A DNA stretch of 64,000 nt from Candidatus Saccharimonadota bacterium (GTDB taxonomy: Bacteria; Patescibacteriota; Saccharimonadia; Saccharimonadales; UBA4665), in NCBI GenBank assembly GCA_025928155.1, contig JAICKC010000003.1:9069-73068 (forward strand). The letters are read 5' to 3'. Under the pieces are notes generated by a model. The model searched no databases. It saw only the letters and a program-made list of their open reading frames with translations, and was not told where the DNA came from. The position numbers were made by a program, and so were the translations under genes. Shown here piece by piece: positions 1 through 10,189 of this stretch; within the stretch, counting starts at the first letter, position 1, and every line of letters begins with the position of its first letter.

Positions 1-711
1 GTTATCGGTTGCATAACCGTGGCAGCGTTTTTTGGGATTATGTTCGTACTCATGCCCAAGCTAGCGAGTATTTTTAAACAGCTGGCTGGCCCGGACTACC
101 AACTACCTATTTACACGCGCGTGCTGCTCAATACTGCCGACTACTCGCGCCGATATGTATTTATATACATGCCGCTCATCATCACCGGCATTTACTTTTT
201 GCGGCGCTATATGAAAACGCCTAAAGGCAAATACCAATGGCACGGCCTGCTGCTGCGTATGCCGATTGTTAAGCCGATCGTGACCAAACTGGCTATCGCC
301 CGGTTTGCCCGCACATTCAGCTCGCTTATGGGTGCGGGCGTGAATGTGCTGGATGCATTGGCCGTAACCGGCGGCGCCGTAGGCAACAAGGTCATCGAAA
401 AAGAGCTGGCCGAAGCTGCTGAAGCCGTGAAAGCCGGCAAGCCCCTCTCGAGCCAGCTGGCGCAGAGCAAGCACTTCCCCCGCATCATCCCCGAGATGCT
501 GCAAGTGGGCGAGGAAACCGGTCAGATCGACCAGGTGCTCGTGAAGGTCGCCGACTTCTACGAAGAGGAAGTTAAGACCACCATGGACGGCTTGGCGAGC
601 ATTATTGAGCCGATTATGATTGTGGTGCTCGGCGCCGGCGTGGGCATAATTGCGGCCAGCGTTATGGGTCCGCTCGCGCAGCTGACGACCCACATCAATG
701 CCAGCTCGTAG
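1..711 (+). CDS. pilC: Type IV pilus assembly platform protein PilC (GspF family), C-terminal part; 5' end outside window
   Basis: Frame is open from nt 1. Polytopic GspF-like sequence (GEETGQIDQVL, C-terminal TM helix IEPIMIVVLGAGVGIIAASV). Lies directly upstream of pilin genes. Confidence 0.85.
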   Translation, partial: VIGCITVAAFFGIMFVLMPKLASIFKQLAGPDYQLPIYTRVLLNTADYSRRYVFIYMPLIITGIYFLRRYMKTPKGKYQWHGLLLRMPIVKPIVTKLAIARFARTFSSLMGAGVNVLDALAVTGGAVGNKVIEKELAEAAEAVKAGKPLSSQLAQSKHFPRIIPEMLQVGEETGQIDQVLVKVADFYEEEVKTTMDGLASIIEPIMIVVLGAGVGIIAASVMGPLAQLTTHINASS

Positions 712-738
712 CACAGCGTGCACGTGCTGCGAAAAAAC

Positions 739-766
739 TTGACGGCAAGTTGCTTATGGCTATAAT
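739..766 (+). promoter_or_regulatory. Sigma70-like promoter for the major pilin gene (TTGACG - 16 nt - TATAAT)
   Basis: ttgacg at 739-744 and tataat at 761-766. A strong SD (aaggaggtg, 835-843) lies 7 nt before the ATG at 851. Confidence 0.45.
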
Positions 767-850
767 TGGGACTAGACCTTCGGCTATATCCCAAGTGGAT
801 CTGAAGCGTATATCAATTTCAATTCATAAACAATAAGGAGGTGGGTCCTT

Positions 851-1327
851 ATGATCTCACTCAAACAAAAGTCAAAAGGTTTCACAATCGTTGAACTTTT
901 GATCGTAATCGTCGTTATCGCAATTTTGGCGACCTTAGTCATTGTGACCTTCACCGGTATCCAACAGAAGGCTCGTGACAGTCAACGTCAGACTGACATC
1001 GACGCGCTCGACAGTCACTTAGAAGCGTACTATGCTGACAATGGTTACTACCCGACATTAAACGACCTCCAGACCTCCAGCTGGGTCGCTGACAACATGA
1101 AAGGTCTTGACCCAGAGTCACTCACCAGCCCTGACGGCAAGGCTATTGCCGACACAGCGGGCACTGGCGGCAGCGGCGGCTGGGCTTACGGCTACACCAC
1201 TACTGGCTGTACTGCCACCAGCCCGAGCAGCACCAGCAACGAGTGTACCAGCTTCCAGCTCAAGGCCAACTTGGAGGGTGGCAGCAGCTTTACCAAAAGC
1301 AGCAACACTCAGGGCAGCGGCAGCTAA
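851..1327 (+). CDS. pilA: Major type IV pilin (prepilin with N-terminal cleavage/methylation motif)
   Basis: Leader MISLKQKSKG|FTIVELLIVIVVIAILA (G|FT..E class III signal). Two C-terminal Cys. Strong SD and its own terminator. Confidence 0.85.
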   Translation: MISLKQKSKGFTIVELLIVIVVIAILATLVIVTFTGIQQKARDSQRQTDIDALDSHLEAYYADNGYYPTLNDLQTSSWVADNMKGLDPESLTSPDGKAIADTAGTGGSGGWAYGYTTTGCTATSPSSTSNECTSFQLKANLEGGSSFTKSSNTQGSGS

Positions 1328-1344
1328 TCTTAGCAACGCTTAAC

Positions 1345-1385
1345 AAAAGGAAAACGGAACCGGAAAACGGTTCCGTTTTCCTTTT
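1345..1385 (+). terminator. Rho-independent terminator after the major pilin gene
   Basis: Perfect 18-bp stem (aaaaggaaaacggaaccg / cggttccgttttcctttt) with loop gaaaa and a T-rich 3' side. Confidence 0.8.
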
Positions 1386-1419
1386 CAGAGCAGTTTTTAC
1401 TATAATGAGCGTAAGCATT

Positions 1420-1809
1420 ATGGGTAAGCAAACGGGGTTCACTATTCCAGAGCTCGTCGTAACGATACTGTTTATCGGCTTTGCTTTCGTAGCCATTACC
1501 CAGCTTTATTTGAGTGTCCAGCGTATCCAAGACCAGACAGCGTACATACAAATCGCCTCACATGCCGCCCAGACCGAAATTGAGAGCTTGCGCAACGGCA
1601 ATTACAGTTCGCTGGCCGACAACTCGACTATCGACTTCAGTGGCTCTCTCCCGGCAGGCTTACCCGGGCCAAGTTCCGGGAACGTAGCTGTCACTTCGCC
1701 GATGGCCGGACTCAAGCGCGTTGATGTTACCGTCCTATACACCGACCACGGCAGTCAGCACAAGGTCGAGCTAACGTCGCTTATCGGCGTGATAGGAATT
1801 TCACAATGA
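1420..1809 (+). CDS. Minor pilin / pseudopilin-like protein (prepilin N-terminal motif)
   Basis: MGKQTG|FTIPELVVTILFIGFAFVAI. Alternative ATG at 1405. The upstream part of the track ORF (from 1243) overlaps pilA and its terminator, so it is unlikely to be coding. Confidence 0.7.
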   Translation: MGKQTGFTIPELVVTILFIGFAFVAITQLYLSVQRIQDQTAYIQIASHAAQTEIESLRNGNYSSLADNSTIDFSGSLPAGLPGPSSGNVAVTSPMAGLKRVDVTVLYTDHGSQHKVELTSLIGVIGISQ

Positions 1810-2480
1810 CGAACTTGCGTCACAATCAGTCGGGTCTGACTATTGTAGAGCTGAGCATTGCACTGAGCATTACCGTAGTGCTTCTAGGGATAGTGGTTAG
1901 CTTTTCAGTGGACAAGCTGCAACAAACCAATATCCAGAACTTTCAGTACCAGCTCCTTAGCAATGCACAGCGCGGACTGGACACCATTACGAATGACATC
2001 CGCATCGCCAGCGCGGCCGACGATAACAACCGATATATGGATCCCTACGCGCCGGGCGCGCCAACCAACGAACTGAGCTGGGCGTCAAACACCACCACGC
2101 TGGTGCTGGCTATAGCTGCAAAAGATAACCACCGCAATATTATTTTTGATGACGCCCACGACTATGTGAGCGCTAAAAATAACGCTATTTACTACTTGAG
2201 TGGCACGAGCGTTTACCGTCGCGAGCTGGCGGACAGTGTGACCGGCAATACCGCCACTACGACCTGCCCCGCTGCCCATGCCACGAGCAGCTGCCCGGCG
2301 GACAGCGACCTGCTTGACAATGTCAGCTCGTTTAGTATCAAGTACTACAACGATCAGAACCAGCAAGTGACGCCAAGTAATGCCCGTTCGATACAACTGA
2401 GCGTAATTCTGCTGGTGCACAAATATAATCGCAACATCACGGCCAGCTATACGACAAGGATGGTATTCCGGAATGGTTAG
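1806..2480 (+). CDS. Minor pilin-like protein (prepilin-type N-terminal domain, PilW-like)
   Basis: NQSG|LTIVELSIALSITVVLLGIV motif. ATGA overlap with the upstream gene. Confidence 0.7.
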   Translation: MTNLRHNQSGLTIVELSIALSITVVLLGIVVSFSVDKLQQTNIQNFQYQLLSNAQRGLDTITNDIRIASAADDNNRYMDPYAPGAPTNELSWASNTTTLVLAIAAKDNHRNIIFDDAHDYVSAKNNAIYYLSGTSVYRRELADSVTGNTATTTCPAAHATSSCPADSDLLDNVSSFSIKYYNDQNQQVTPSNARSIQLSVILLVHKYNRNITASYTTRMVFRNG

Positions 2481-3909
2481 TATCCAGCGACAAAGCCACA
2501 CTGGTGTTATATTGCCCACCGTACTTATCATCACGGCAGTATTAATGGGCATTGGCTTTGTGCTGCTCAGCGCCATCACCGGACAGTATACCCTGGCAAG
2601 TGATTCAGTTTATACCGACAACGCCCTGCAAACTGCCGAAGCGGGCGTAGAGCAGTCAGTTGACCAGCTTAACCAGAGCGACAGCTTTAGCGGCTACTCA
2701 GCCCCCCAGACACTGTTTAATAACGCGCTGCAAGGTTACGGCGTTTTCACGACCACCGTTGCCAATAGTCCGGATGACAGCAACGCCAAAGTCATTGTCA
2801 GTACCGGCACGGTGTACCACTACGGCCAAACGACTAATCCGGTTAGCACTCGTAAGGTCAAGGTAACGGTAGTAGGAACGCAGTCGCAGGGGTACTCGGT
2901 ACTCACCGGCCCGGGCGGTCTCATCTTGAGTGGCAGCGGTTCCATCACCAACTCGCAGGTTTACGTCAACGGCACCATAACCTTGACCGGTGCCGCATCA
3001 ATCGGTACACAAAATCAGCCGCTGAACGTCGATGCCGCCAACTATGCCTGTCCGGCTACCGGCGGCGCAACCTGGCCGCAGCTGTGCACGACGACGCAGC
3101 CAATTAGCATGGCACAGAGTACGCACATTTACGGTACCGTGTGTGCCACGGGGCAGACCAGCACGGGGCCCAACAACAACATCCAACCAGGCAATGGCGG
3201 TTCCGGCTTGCAGGTTGGCTGCACTGCGCCCCAAGTCTCTCCGCCCACCTACGATCGGTTGGCGCAGATTAATGCCGTCACGACCACTGGAGTTGGTAGC
3301 AATATCACCTACGACTGCTCGCAGTGGCAGAGCCCTAACGGTTTCGTGCGCACCTGGCCCGCCAACCTCAAGCTTACCGGCAATGTAAACCTGGCCAGTA
3401 GCTGTGACCTGACTGTGACGGGGAATGTATATATTACCGGCAACCTAACGATCGGTGGCTCCACCCATCTCCGTGTCGCCAACAGTCTTGGCACCACCCG
3501 TCCGGTCATTATGGTAGACGGCACCATAAACACCGGCGGTTCAATCACCCCCGTCGCCAACAGTTCGGGAACGGGTGTAGAGTTTATAAGTTTTAAGAGT
3601 TCCAAGAGTTGTACTGTGGCGACGACCGTAGCTACTTACTGCTCAGCTATTACCGGCAACGACCTGTTTACTTCTCAATCGCAGACCACCGTAACCGTAG
3701 GGGGCGGCGGCCCGGGCTTGGCTGGGTTCGTGTTCGACTCTTACTGGGGCACGGTGGTGGTGACTGGTAGCGGTAATATAGGCGCGGCAATAGGCCAAGT
3801 GGTGAACATGAGCGGGTCTGGCACGGTAACGTTCGGCACACAGATTGGGGCTGGATCGAAAACCTGGACGATTAGCAGCTACCAGATAATCCCGAATGGC
3901 TCAGGATAG
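2473..3909 (+). CDS. Large pilus-associated protein with PilX-like N-terminal anchor and G/T/S-rich beta-helix-like body (candidate tip adhesin)
   Basis: N-terminal hydrophobic segment GVILPTVLIITAVLMGIGFVLLSAITGQYTLA resembles PilX_N. Repetitive TGN(V/L)x(I/L)TG segments follow. Translationally coupled within the pilin operon. Confidence 0.6.
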   Translation: MVSIQRQSHTGVILPTVLIITAVLMGIGFVLLSAITGQYTLASDSVYTDNALQTAEAGVEQSVDQLNQSDSFSGYSAPQTLFNNALQGYGVFTTTVANSPDDSNAKVIVSTGTVYHYGQTTNPVSTRKVKVTVVGTQSQGYSVLTGPGGLILSGSGSITNSQVYVNGTITLTGAASIGTQNQPLNVDAANYACPATGGATWPQLCTTTQPISMAQSTHIYGTVCATGQTSTGPNNNIQPGNGGSGLQVGCTAPQVSPPTYDRLAQINAVTTTGVGSNITYDCSQWQSPNGFVRTWPANLKLTGNVNLASSCDLTVTGNVYITGNLTIGGSTHLRVANSLGTTRPVIMVDGTINTGGSITPVANSSGTGVEFISFKSSKSCTVATTVATYCSAITGNDLFTSQSQTTVTVGGGGPGLAGFVFDSYWGTVVVTGSGNIGAAIGQVVNMSGSGTVTFGTQIGAGSKTWTISSYQIIPNGSG

Positions 3910-3961
3910 AACCTGCCTAATGGTATACTAATAGCTGAAGTGCTTATGTAAACGTGGGAAC

Positions 3962-5044
3962 ATGGCAAACAAAACTACAACACTACCGCTGTTTTTCGAA
4001 GATAAACCGCTATTCGGTCTGGATATTGGTCACGGCAAAGTACGCGTGCTGCAGCTGCATGGCGGCGGTCACCACAAACCCAAAGTCGTCGGGTACGGCG
4101 AAACTACCTTTGACCCGAGCGCCATTAAAGACGGAGTGGTTGAAGTGCCGGAGGCAATTGCTGCGGCCGTCTTGGATCTGTTCAAACACCATTTGATTGG
4201 TGACATTACCACCCAGCGCGTCGCCCTTTCGGTGCCGATTGCCCGGGCTTTTACCCGTTCCATGGAGGACGTGCCCGACCTGAGCACCAAAGAACTCGCT
4301 GAGGCGGTGCAGAATGAAGCCGCCCAGTATATTCCCGCCTCACTCGATAACCTCTACATCGACTACGCCCAAGTAAAGCGCGGCGCCAACAACAATACTG
4401 TGCTCATCGTGGCGATGCCCAAAAACATTGTCGATTCGTATGTTCTGCTCGCCCGCATACTTGGGCTTGAAGCGGTCATGATGCAAACCAGTAGCGGTGC
4501 CGGGGCGCACCTGTTCGCCCGCGACCCGCAGGGTGATACGCCTTCGCTGCTGGTCGATTTCGGGAGTGACAGCGCTGATATCACCGTATACGACGGCGGC
4601 CCGGTAGTCAGTGGCACCGTGGCCTGCGGCAGCGACTTGTTTACCGAAGCTATCGCCCGAGAGCTGGGCCTATCTGAGAAGGAAGCGCTGCTGGTAAAAG
4701 CCAAATATGGCCTCGGGCACAGCAAAAAACAGGCCCAGATTGAGAAGGCTCTGCAGCCCACTCTGGCGCTGCTTATCAAAGAGCTTAAACGTACCGCCCG
4801 CTATTACGAAGAGCACAGCCACGACAAGCAAAAAATTACCCAGGTCGTCATAGCCGGCGGCGGTGCCAACATGCCCGGCCTGGCCGAGTGGCTCACCAGC
4901 AGCTTACGTCTGGCGGTGCGATCGTTTGATCCCACGCCATACATCGACTTTGGCCACCTGCAGCCCTTTAACCTAACCGAGCGCATGTCATATGTGACCG
5001 TGGCGGGCCTGGCTGCGATACATCCCGACGAGGTATTCGCATGA
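3962..5044 (+). CDS. pilM: Type IV pilus assembly protein PilM (actin-like ATPase fold)
   Basis: LFGLDIGHGKVRVLQL N-terminus. Length is about 360 aa. Followed by ATGA-coupled pilN/pilO. Confidence 0.85.
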   Translation: MANKTTTLPLFFEDKPLFGLDIGHGKVRVLQLHGGGHHKPKVVGYGETTFDPSAIKDGVVEVPEAIAAAVLDLFKHHLIGDITTQRVALSVPIARAFTRSMEDVPDLSTKELAEAVQNEAAQYIPASLDNLYIDYAQVKRGANNNTVLIVAMPKNIVDSYVLLARILGLEAVMMQTSSGAGAHLFARDPQGDTPSLLVDFGSDSADITVYDGGPVVSGTVACGSDLFTEAIARELGLSEKEALLVKAKYGLGHSKKQAQIEKALQPTLALLIKELKRTARYYEEHSHDKQKITQVVIAGGGANMPGLAEWLTSSLRLAVRSFDPTPYIDFGHLQPFNLTERMSYVTVAGLAAIHPDEVFA

Positions 5045-5640
5045 TAAACCTGCTGCCGCCGGACCTCAAAGAAACCTACCGCTACGGCCGGCGTAACCGT
5101 GTGCTGGCGCACTGGATATCTACTATGGTGCTGTGCTTAGCCGGTGCTGTATTGTTGACGGCTGGCGGCTACCTGTACCTCAACATGTCTATCCACAATA
5201 CCGAACAGCAAATCGCCGACACTCAAAAACAGTTGGAGTCTGCCAACCAGACCAAGGTCCAAAAACAGGTCACCGACATTTCCAACAATCTCAAGTTGGC
5301 CGTACAGGTGCTTTCCAAAGAGGTTCTATTTTCTAAGCTTCTCAAGCAGCTGGCCTCGGTCACACCCAACGGTGTCATACTGACCGGCCTGTCTATTACT
5401 CAGGCGCAAACCGGTATCGACCTCAGCGCCAAGACCACCGACTACAAGAGCGCCACCCAGCTACAGGTAAACCTCACCGACCCCCACAACCAGATCTTCA
5501 CCCAGGCTGACATCGTCAGCATTGACTGCAGCGGCACGGGCGGCGACATCAACCACCCATGCGCGGTCAAAATTCGCGCCCTGTTTGACAAAAACAATCC
5601 GTTTTTATTCACGAATAGCGGCCAGAAAGGTAGCTCATGA
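5041..5640 (+). CDS. pilN: PilN-like fimbrial assembly protein
   Basis: Starts MINLLPPDLKE (canonical PilN INLLP motif), then a single TM and a coiled coil. Confidence 0.75.
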   Translation: MINLLPPDLKETYRYGRRNRVLAHWISTMVLCLAGAVLLTAGGYLYLNMSIHNTEQQIADTQKQLESANQTKVQKQVTDISNNLKLAVQVLSKEVLFSKLLKQLASVTPNGVILTGLSITQAQTGIDLSAKTTDYKSATQLQVNLTDPHNQIFTQADIVSIDCSGTGGDINHPCAVKIRALFDKNNPFLFTNSGQKGSS

Positions 5641-6236
5641 AAGCTAAGCAGCTTTATTTTGTACTCCTTGGCGGCTGCTGCTTGGCACTCGTAGCTTTTG
5701 TAGGCGTAGGCTTCGGGGCAAACAAGCTGCTGGCGCGCCAGGCAGGTAAGCTCTCCGACCTGCGTGCATTGAACGACGCTGCAGAGCAGCAGCAGGCTTC
5801 GCTCGCCCGCGACAGGCAAGATATAACCAAATACAATGACCTTAACACCATTGCCGCCAGCGTCGTTCCCCAGGATAAAGATCAGGCGCAAGCCGTACGG
5901 CAAATTGTGAACATCGCCACCGCTTCCGGCATACCACAGCTGTCGTCCATCACCTTCCCAGATTCCACGCTCGGCGCTACCGTTGGCGGTGCGCCAAAGG
6001 CCGGACTCACACAGCTTTTGCCCGTCACAGGTATTAGGGGCGTTTACAACTTGCAAATTACTATCACACAAAAAACGGATAGCAGCGTGCCCTACACCAA
6101 TTTCCTGAAGTTCCTTACCGGCCTCGAGCAAAACCGCCGTACGGCCGAAGTTACAACCATCGCTATAACCCCAAGCCAGGATAACCCTAACCAGGTAGCA
6201 TTCACACTGGTGATAAACGAGTTTATAAAACCATGA
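5637..6236 (+). CDS. pilO: PilO-like pilus assembly protein
   Basis: N-terminal TM plus coiled coil. Positioned after pilN with ATGA coupling. Confidence 0.6.
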   Translation: MKAKQLYFVLLGGCCLALVAFVGVGFGANKLLARQAGKLSDLRALNDAAEQQQASLARDRQDITKYNDLNTIAASVVPQDKDQAQAVRQIVNIATASGIPQLSSITFPDSTLGATVGGAPKAGLTQLLPVTGIRGVYNLQITITQKTDSSVPYTNFLKFLTGLEQNRRTAEVTTIAITPSQDNPNQVAFTLVINEFIKP

Positions 6237-6535
6237 AAAACGGCAATATAGACTTAGGCACACTTAGTACACAGTTCAGTGGCTTGCTTAAAAAGCTGCG
6301 GGGCTATAGCGGTCTTACCTTTTTCCTGGCCGTGGCCGTACTGTATGGATTCATTTTATGGCGGATAAACGTCTACAGTAGCGTGCCGGCTAACCAGGCG
6401 GAGGAAAATGCTCACCTTGCTACACAGCCTCATGTCGACCAAACGACGGTGCAGAAGATGCTCGATCTGCAGGACAACAGCGTAAACGTGCAAGCATTGT
6501 TCGACCAAGCACGCCAAAACCCGTTTCAGGAATAG
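6233..6535 (+). CDS. Small single-pass membrane protein, last gene of the pilMNO unit
   Basis: ATGA-coupled to pilO. TM helix LTFFLAVAVLYGFILW. Confidence 0.5.
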   Translation: MKNGNIDLGTLSTQFSGLLKKLRGYSGLTFFLAVAVLYGFILWRINVYSSVPANQAEENAHLATQPHVDQTTVQKMLDLQDNSVNVQALFDQARQNPFQE

Positions 6536-6536
6536 T

Positions 6537-7232
6537 TTATTGCCGCTGCCCGTTGGGCTGAGTCGGATCAAAGGGTTGGCCGGTTTGAGCCGACCCTTGG
6601 ACTGGCTGCCCGTAGGCTTGATTAAACGCCGCCGCGTTGGCTAATGCCCGGTTGGCAGCGTAGGTTTCACTGGGGTTTTCGGCGATGTAGGCTTCGTGGG
6701 CGGCTATAATCTGCTTGGCGCAGTCGTTGGGACGTGGACAGTAATCGAACACAAATTTGCCACGCTGTCCGGCCGACTCGGCGCGCAGACGGCCATAACC
6801 GAGCATCGACGGCAAGAAGCCGTTTTGCTCGACTGTGACATCTTCTAGGTTTGCCATACTGAGCTGGCTGGTTTGCTTGCTGAACAAGCTGGTTTGATCT
6901 ATTTGTGTAATGCTGTCAGTCGTCACAACCCAGCGGTTGCCCTTGTAGACTATCGACCCGACGTACGTAAACAGTCCCACAATGGCGCAGACAATAACCG
7001 CGCCGAGCGCCAGTACCGCCTGATTTTGCGAGGTTATGCCAAGAAAGATTCGCGGTGCCAATGCCACCGCGCAAACTGCCGCCACCACAACTACCGCCAG
7101 CATAAAATATATGCCAAAAAGTCCTATCGGGTGCCGGCGAAGTTCACACACCACACGCTCGCCCGGTTGCATTACTTTAAGCGGGTTGTACGCACTCTGC
7201 AGAGCGTCGTTTTGAGGTTGATTGGGGTTCAT
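6537..7232 (-). CDS. Membrane protein with bacterial PH (YdbT/bPH_2-like) domain
   Basis: ELRRHPIGLFGIYFMLAVVVV two-TM hairpin followed by a PH-like segment. This is a fold guess from motif memory. Confidence 0.55.
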   Translation of the reverse strand: MNPNQPQNDALQSAYNPLKVMQPGERVVCELRRHPIGLFGIYFMLAVVVVAAVCAVALAPRIFLGITSQNQAVLALGAVIVCAIVGLFTYVGSIVYKGNRWVVTTDSITQIDQTSLFSKQTSQLSMANLEDVTVEQNGFLPSMLGYGRLRAESAGQRGKFVFDYCPRPNDCAKQIIAAHEAYIAENPSETYAANRALANAAAFNQAYGQPVQGSAQTGQPFDPTQPNGQRQ

Positions 7233-7254
7233 AGCCGTCTTATTATACCGCAGA

Positions 7255-8286
7255 TTATAGCAGGCTAGCTTGAGCCATGTCTTTCGGCGGCTGCTTGTCG
7301 AGGTGTTTGTACGTTTTGTACGTCACTTTGCGGCCGCGTGGTGTGCGCTCCAGCAGGCCGATTTGCATGAGGTACGGTTCGATAAAATCTTCAATAGTGC
7401 TGCGTTCTTCGGCTGTTAGCGCGGCTAGCGTTTCCACGCCCACCGGCCCGCCGTCATAGCTTTCGATGATGGCGTCGAGCAGCATGCGGTCAGCCGGGTC
7501 AAGTCCCAGGTCGTCGATCTCCAGCAACTGGAGCGCCTTAGTACTCGTGGCTACGTCAATGATGCCGTCGCCGTTCACATCGGCATAGTCTCTGACTCGC
7601 TTGAGAAGTCGATTGGCGATACGCGGCGTCTGGCGGCTCCGTTCGGCCAGCTTCAGCGCTGCTGGCTCGTCAATCCTGATATCAAGAATACTGGCCGCGC
7701 GCGTAATAACCTGCTGCATCTGATCGTGCGTATAGAATTCCAGCCGGTGGGTATGTCCGAACCGGTCGCGCAAAGGCGCCGCCAAGGCACCCGCCCGCGT
7801 GGTCGCGCCAATGAGCGTAAACTGTGGCAGATCAAGCCGGAGCGAACGCGCCGACGGCCCCTTACCAAGCATAATATCCAGTTTGTAGTCTTCCATGGCA
7901 CTGTACAGCACCTCTTCGACCGTGCGATGTAGCCGGTGAATTTCGTCGATAAACAGGATGTCGCCGTCCTGCAGGTTAGTAAGCAAGCTAGCAAGGTCAC
8001 CCGCCCGCTCAATGGCCGGCCCACTGGTAATGCGAATCTGCGCGCCCATTTCGTTGGCAATCACACTCGCCATGGTGGTTTTGCCGAGACCCGGCGGTCC
8101 GTACAGTAGTACGTGGTCAAGCGCTTCGCCACGCTTTTTAGCTGCTTGGATCGCCAGCTGCAGGTTTTGCTTGAGTCTGTCTTGACCGATATAATTCGCG
8201 AAGTCGTGCGGCCGCAATTTGACCTCAAACTCCTGTTCAACGTCATCGTCCGTTTGTGGAGCAGCCCCGACAATCCTTTCAATCAT
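7255..8286 (-). CDS. ruvB: Holliday junction branch migration ATPase RuvB
   Basis: GPPGLGKTT Walker A, DEIHRL, and full-length similarity to RuvB. Start moved to MIERIVG (ATG at 8286). Confidence 0.95.
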   Translation of the reverse strand: MIERIVGAAPQTDDDVEQEFEVKLRPHDFANYIGQDRLKQNLQLAIQAAKKRGEALDHVLLYGPPGLGKTTMASVIANEMGAQIRITSGPAIERAGDLASLLTNLQDGDILFIDEIHRLHRTVEEVLYSAMEDYKLDIMLGKGPSARSLRLDLPQFTLIGATTRAGALAAPLRDRFGHTHRLEFYTHDQMQQVITRAASILDIRIDEPAALKLAERSRQTPRIANRLLKRVRDYADVNGDGIIDVATSTKALQLLEIDDLGLDPADRMLLDAIIESYDGGPVGVETLAALTAEERSTIEDFIEPYLMQIGLLERTPRGRKVTYKTYKHLDKQPPKDMAQASLL

Positions 8287-8353
8287 TAGCTTTATTATAC
8301 TGCAATAAGCTAAGCTCCACGGCAAATATATTTCCGAGGTGTCTATGTGGTTG

Positions 8354-9085
8354 CTAGAAACTTCGTAACAAGAGCGTACCTACCACTAGCAGTAAGAGTG
8401 GCGGGACTACGAAAATGAAAAACAGAACAGTCAGTATAATGCGTATTACACTGCGAGCGCGAACCGGCTTTTCTGCCACCAGCTCCGGATGTTGCTGCAA
8501 GTACAAACGGTACATCACAGCCACAATCACGCTTAACGTTACATCCACGATAGCCGACGCCGCCAGCAACCGGCCATAAAAACCACTCAGCAGGACTTGT
8601 CCATCGTGCGCATAGACCACGCCCACAATCATCAAAGCAACGACAGCTATAAAGAAGTAGTTGGCGTAGACATATCGCTTTGCTTTCCAGTAAAGTACGT
8701 CCACATCAATTAGCGTTTTAACATGGACTAGCACAAACAGTGCCACAACGTACGTGGTATACAGCTTGAGCGCCAGATCGCCACCAACCACCTGCCAGAT
8801 AGCAAAGACCGAGGTAAAGAAACTTAAAACGGCGATAGCAATCGATGCATTGATGACAAAATCGGAAGCCCGGGGAGATGGGTCGTTTTTGTGTGAGGCC
8901 ACTACAGACACCAGTCCGAACAAAATGCCAATGTGTAACAGCGCAACAAAAATTGTAGCCAGCGCCTTCCCGGTTGTGTCGCTAAACTTACCGACCAGGA
9001 TTGTGACAACCGCAACTGCCGCGGCAGCTACCAGGCAGTACAACATTGATTTTATGAGTGAACTTCTTAGTTTTAACTTGTCCAT
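8354..9085 (-). CDS. Polytopic membrane protein of unknown function, inserted between ruvA and ruvB
   Basis: At least 7 hydrophobic helices. No recognisable motif. Confidence 0.55.
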   Translation of the reverse strand: MDKLKLRSSLIKSMLYCLVAAAAVAVVTILVGKFSDTTGKALATIFVALLHIGILFGLVSVVASHKNDPSPRASDFVINASIAIAVLSFFTSVFAIWQVVGGDLALKLYTTYVVALFVLVHVKTLIDVDVLYWKAKRYVYANYFFIAVVALMIVGVVYAHDGQVLLSGFYGRLLAASAIVDVTLSVIVAVMYRLYLQQHPELVAEKPVRARSVIRIILTVLFFIFVVPPLLLLVVGTLLLRSF

Positions 9086-9134
9086 GCCCAGCTAATCTCC
9101 ATCTAATTATCCACCATTATACGCCACGCATGCG

Positions 9135-9710
9135 TTATTGCTTTAATGCGAGTTTGATACGTTCTTCAGCGGGTAACGAGAGGTCGATATCCTTAAGCGC
9201 CACCACGGCATCTTGCGGGGAGTAGCCAAGAGACACCAGTGCTTCGACGGCTTCATCGCCGGCGTTTATGCCGGGGCGGCCCACGATTCCCTGTGCCGTC
9301 TCGGTGACAACCAGGCCCACTTTATCGCGGAGCTCCACTACAATCTGTTCGGCAGCGCGCTTGCCGACGCCTTTAGCACTCTGCAGCACCTTGACGTCGC
9401 CAGCTGCGATGGCGCCACGCACGGCCGGTGCTGTGCCGATATCTAGCACAGCCAGCGCCACCCTGGGTCCTACATTCTTTACCCCCAGCAATTGCTCAAA
9501 TAATCGTTTAGTATCTAGGCTCATAAAGCCATACAGGTCGTAGCCTTGCTCACGGATATGCTCGTACACGTACACTTTTGTCGCCGTGGTGGTATTCCGT
9601 CGCCCGAAATCCTCGGCCGTCACCTGCAGGCCAGATCCTACACCATGCACATCTAGCACTACCATGTCAGCCAGCTTTTCGCTCACCACCCCAGAAAGCG
9701 TCGCAATCAT
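9135..9710 (-). CDS. ruvA: Holliday junction DNA helicase subunit RuvA
   Basis: MIATLSGVV...VLDVHGVG N-terminus. HhH segments (GVKNVGPRVALAVL, SAKGVGKRAAEQIV). Confidence 0.9.
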   Translation of the reverse strand: MIATLSGVVSEKLADMVVLDVHGVGSGLQVTAEDFGRRNTTTATKVYVYEHIREQGYDLYGFMSLDTKRLFEQLLGVKNVGPRVALAVLDIGTAPAVRGAIAAGDVKVLQSAKGVGKRAAEQIVVELRDKVGLVVTETAQGIVGRPGINAGDEAVEALVSLGYSPQDAVVALKDIDLSLPAEERIKLALKQ

Positions 9711-9718
9711 TGGGGATA

Positions 9719-10189
9719 TTATCTCACAGTTTGTGCATGAGTTAATGCAGCGGCAATAGCGTCAGCCGCATCGTCTGGTTTAGGAATTTCCGGCAGGCCG
9801 AGCAACACTCGCACCATTTCCTGCATCTGCTTTTTATCGGCCTTGCCATAGCCGGTGATGGCCTGCTTGATTTGCATGGGCGTATACTCGTAGATTTCCA
9901 TATCCGCCTGTTTGCCGCACAGCAGCACCACGCCCCGGGCCTGCGCTACTGTCATGGCCGTCGTGACATTGCGGGCAAAAAATAACTTCTCCACGCTCAT
10001 GACTTCCGGATGCGTATTGGTGATAATGTCAGTCAGCTCCTCGTAAATGGTTTGTAGCCGCACCGCGTCGTCTTCGTGGACTGGCGTGCGGATCACCCCG
10101 CCGTCTACCAGTGTAGCCTTGCCCTTGGTAGCTTCAATAATGCCGAAGCCGAGTATCCCCGTTCCCGGATCAATGCCGAGTATTCTCAT
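9719..10189 (-). CDS. ruvC: Crossover junction endodeoxyribonuclease RuvC
   Basis: MRILGIDPG start. Length 156 aa. Conserved C-terminal DAADAIA. Confidence 0.9.
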   Translation of the reverse strand: MRILGIDPGTGILGFGIIEATKGKATLVDGGVIRTPVHEDDAVRLQTIYEELTDIITNTHPEVMSVEKLFFARNVTTAMTVAQARGVVLLCGKQADMEIYEYTPMQIKQAITGYGKADKKQMQEMVRVLLGLPEIPKPDDAADAIAAALTHAQTVR

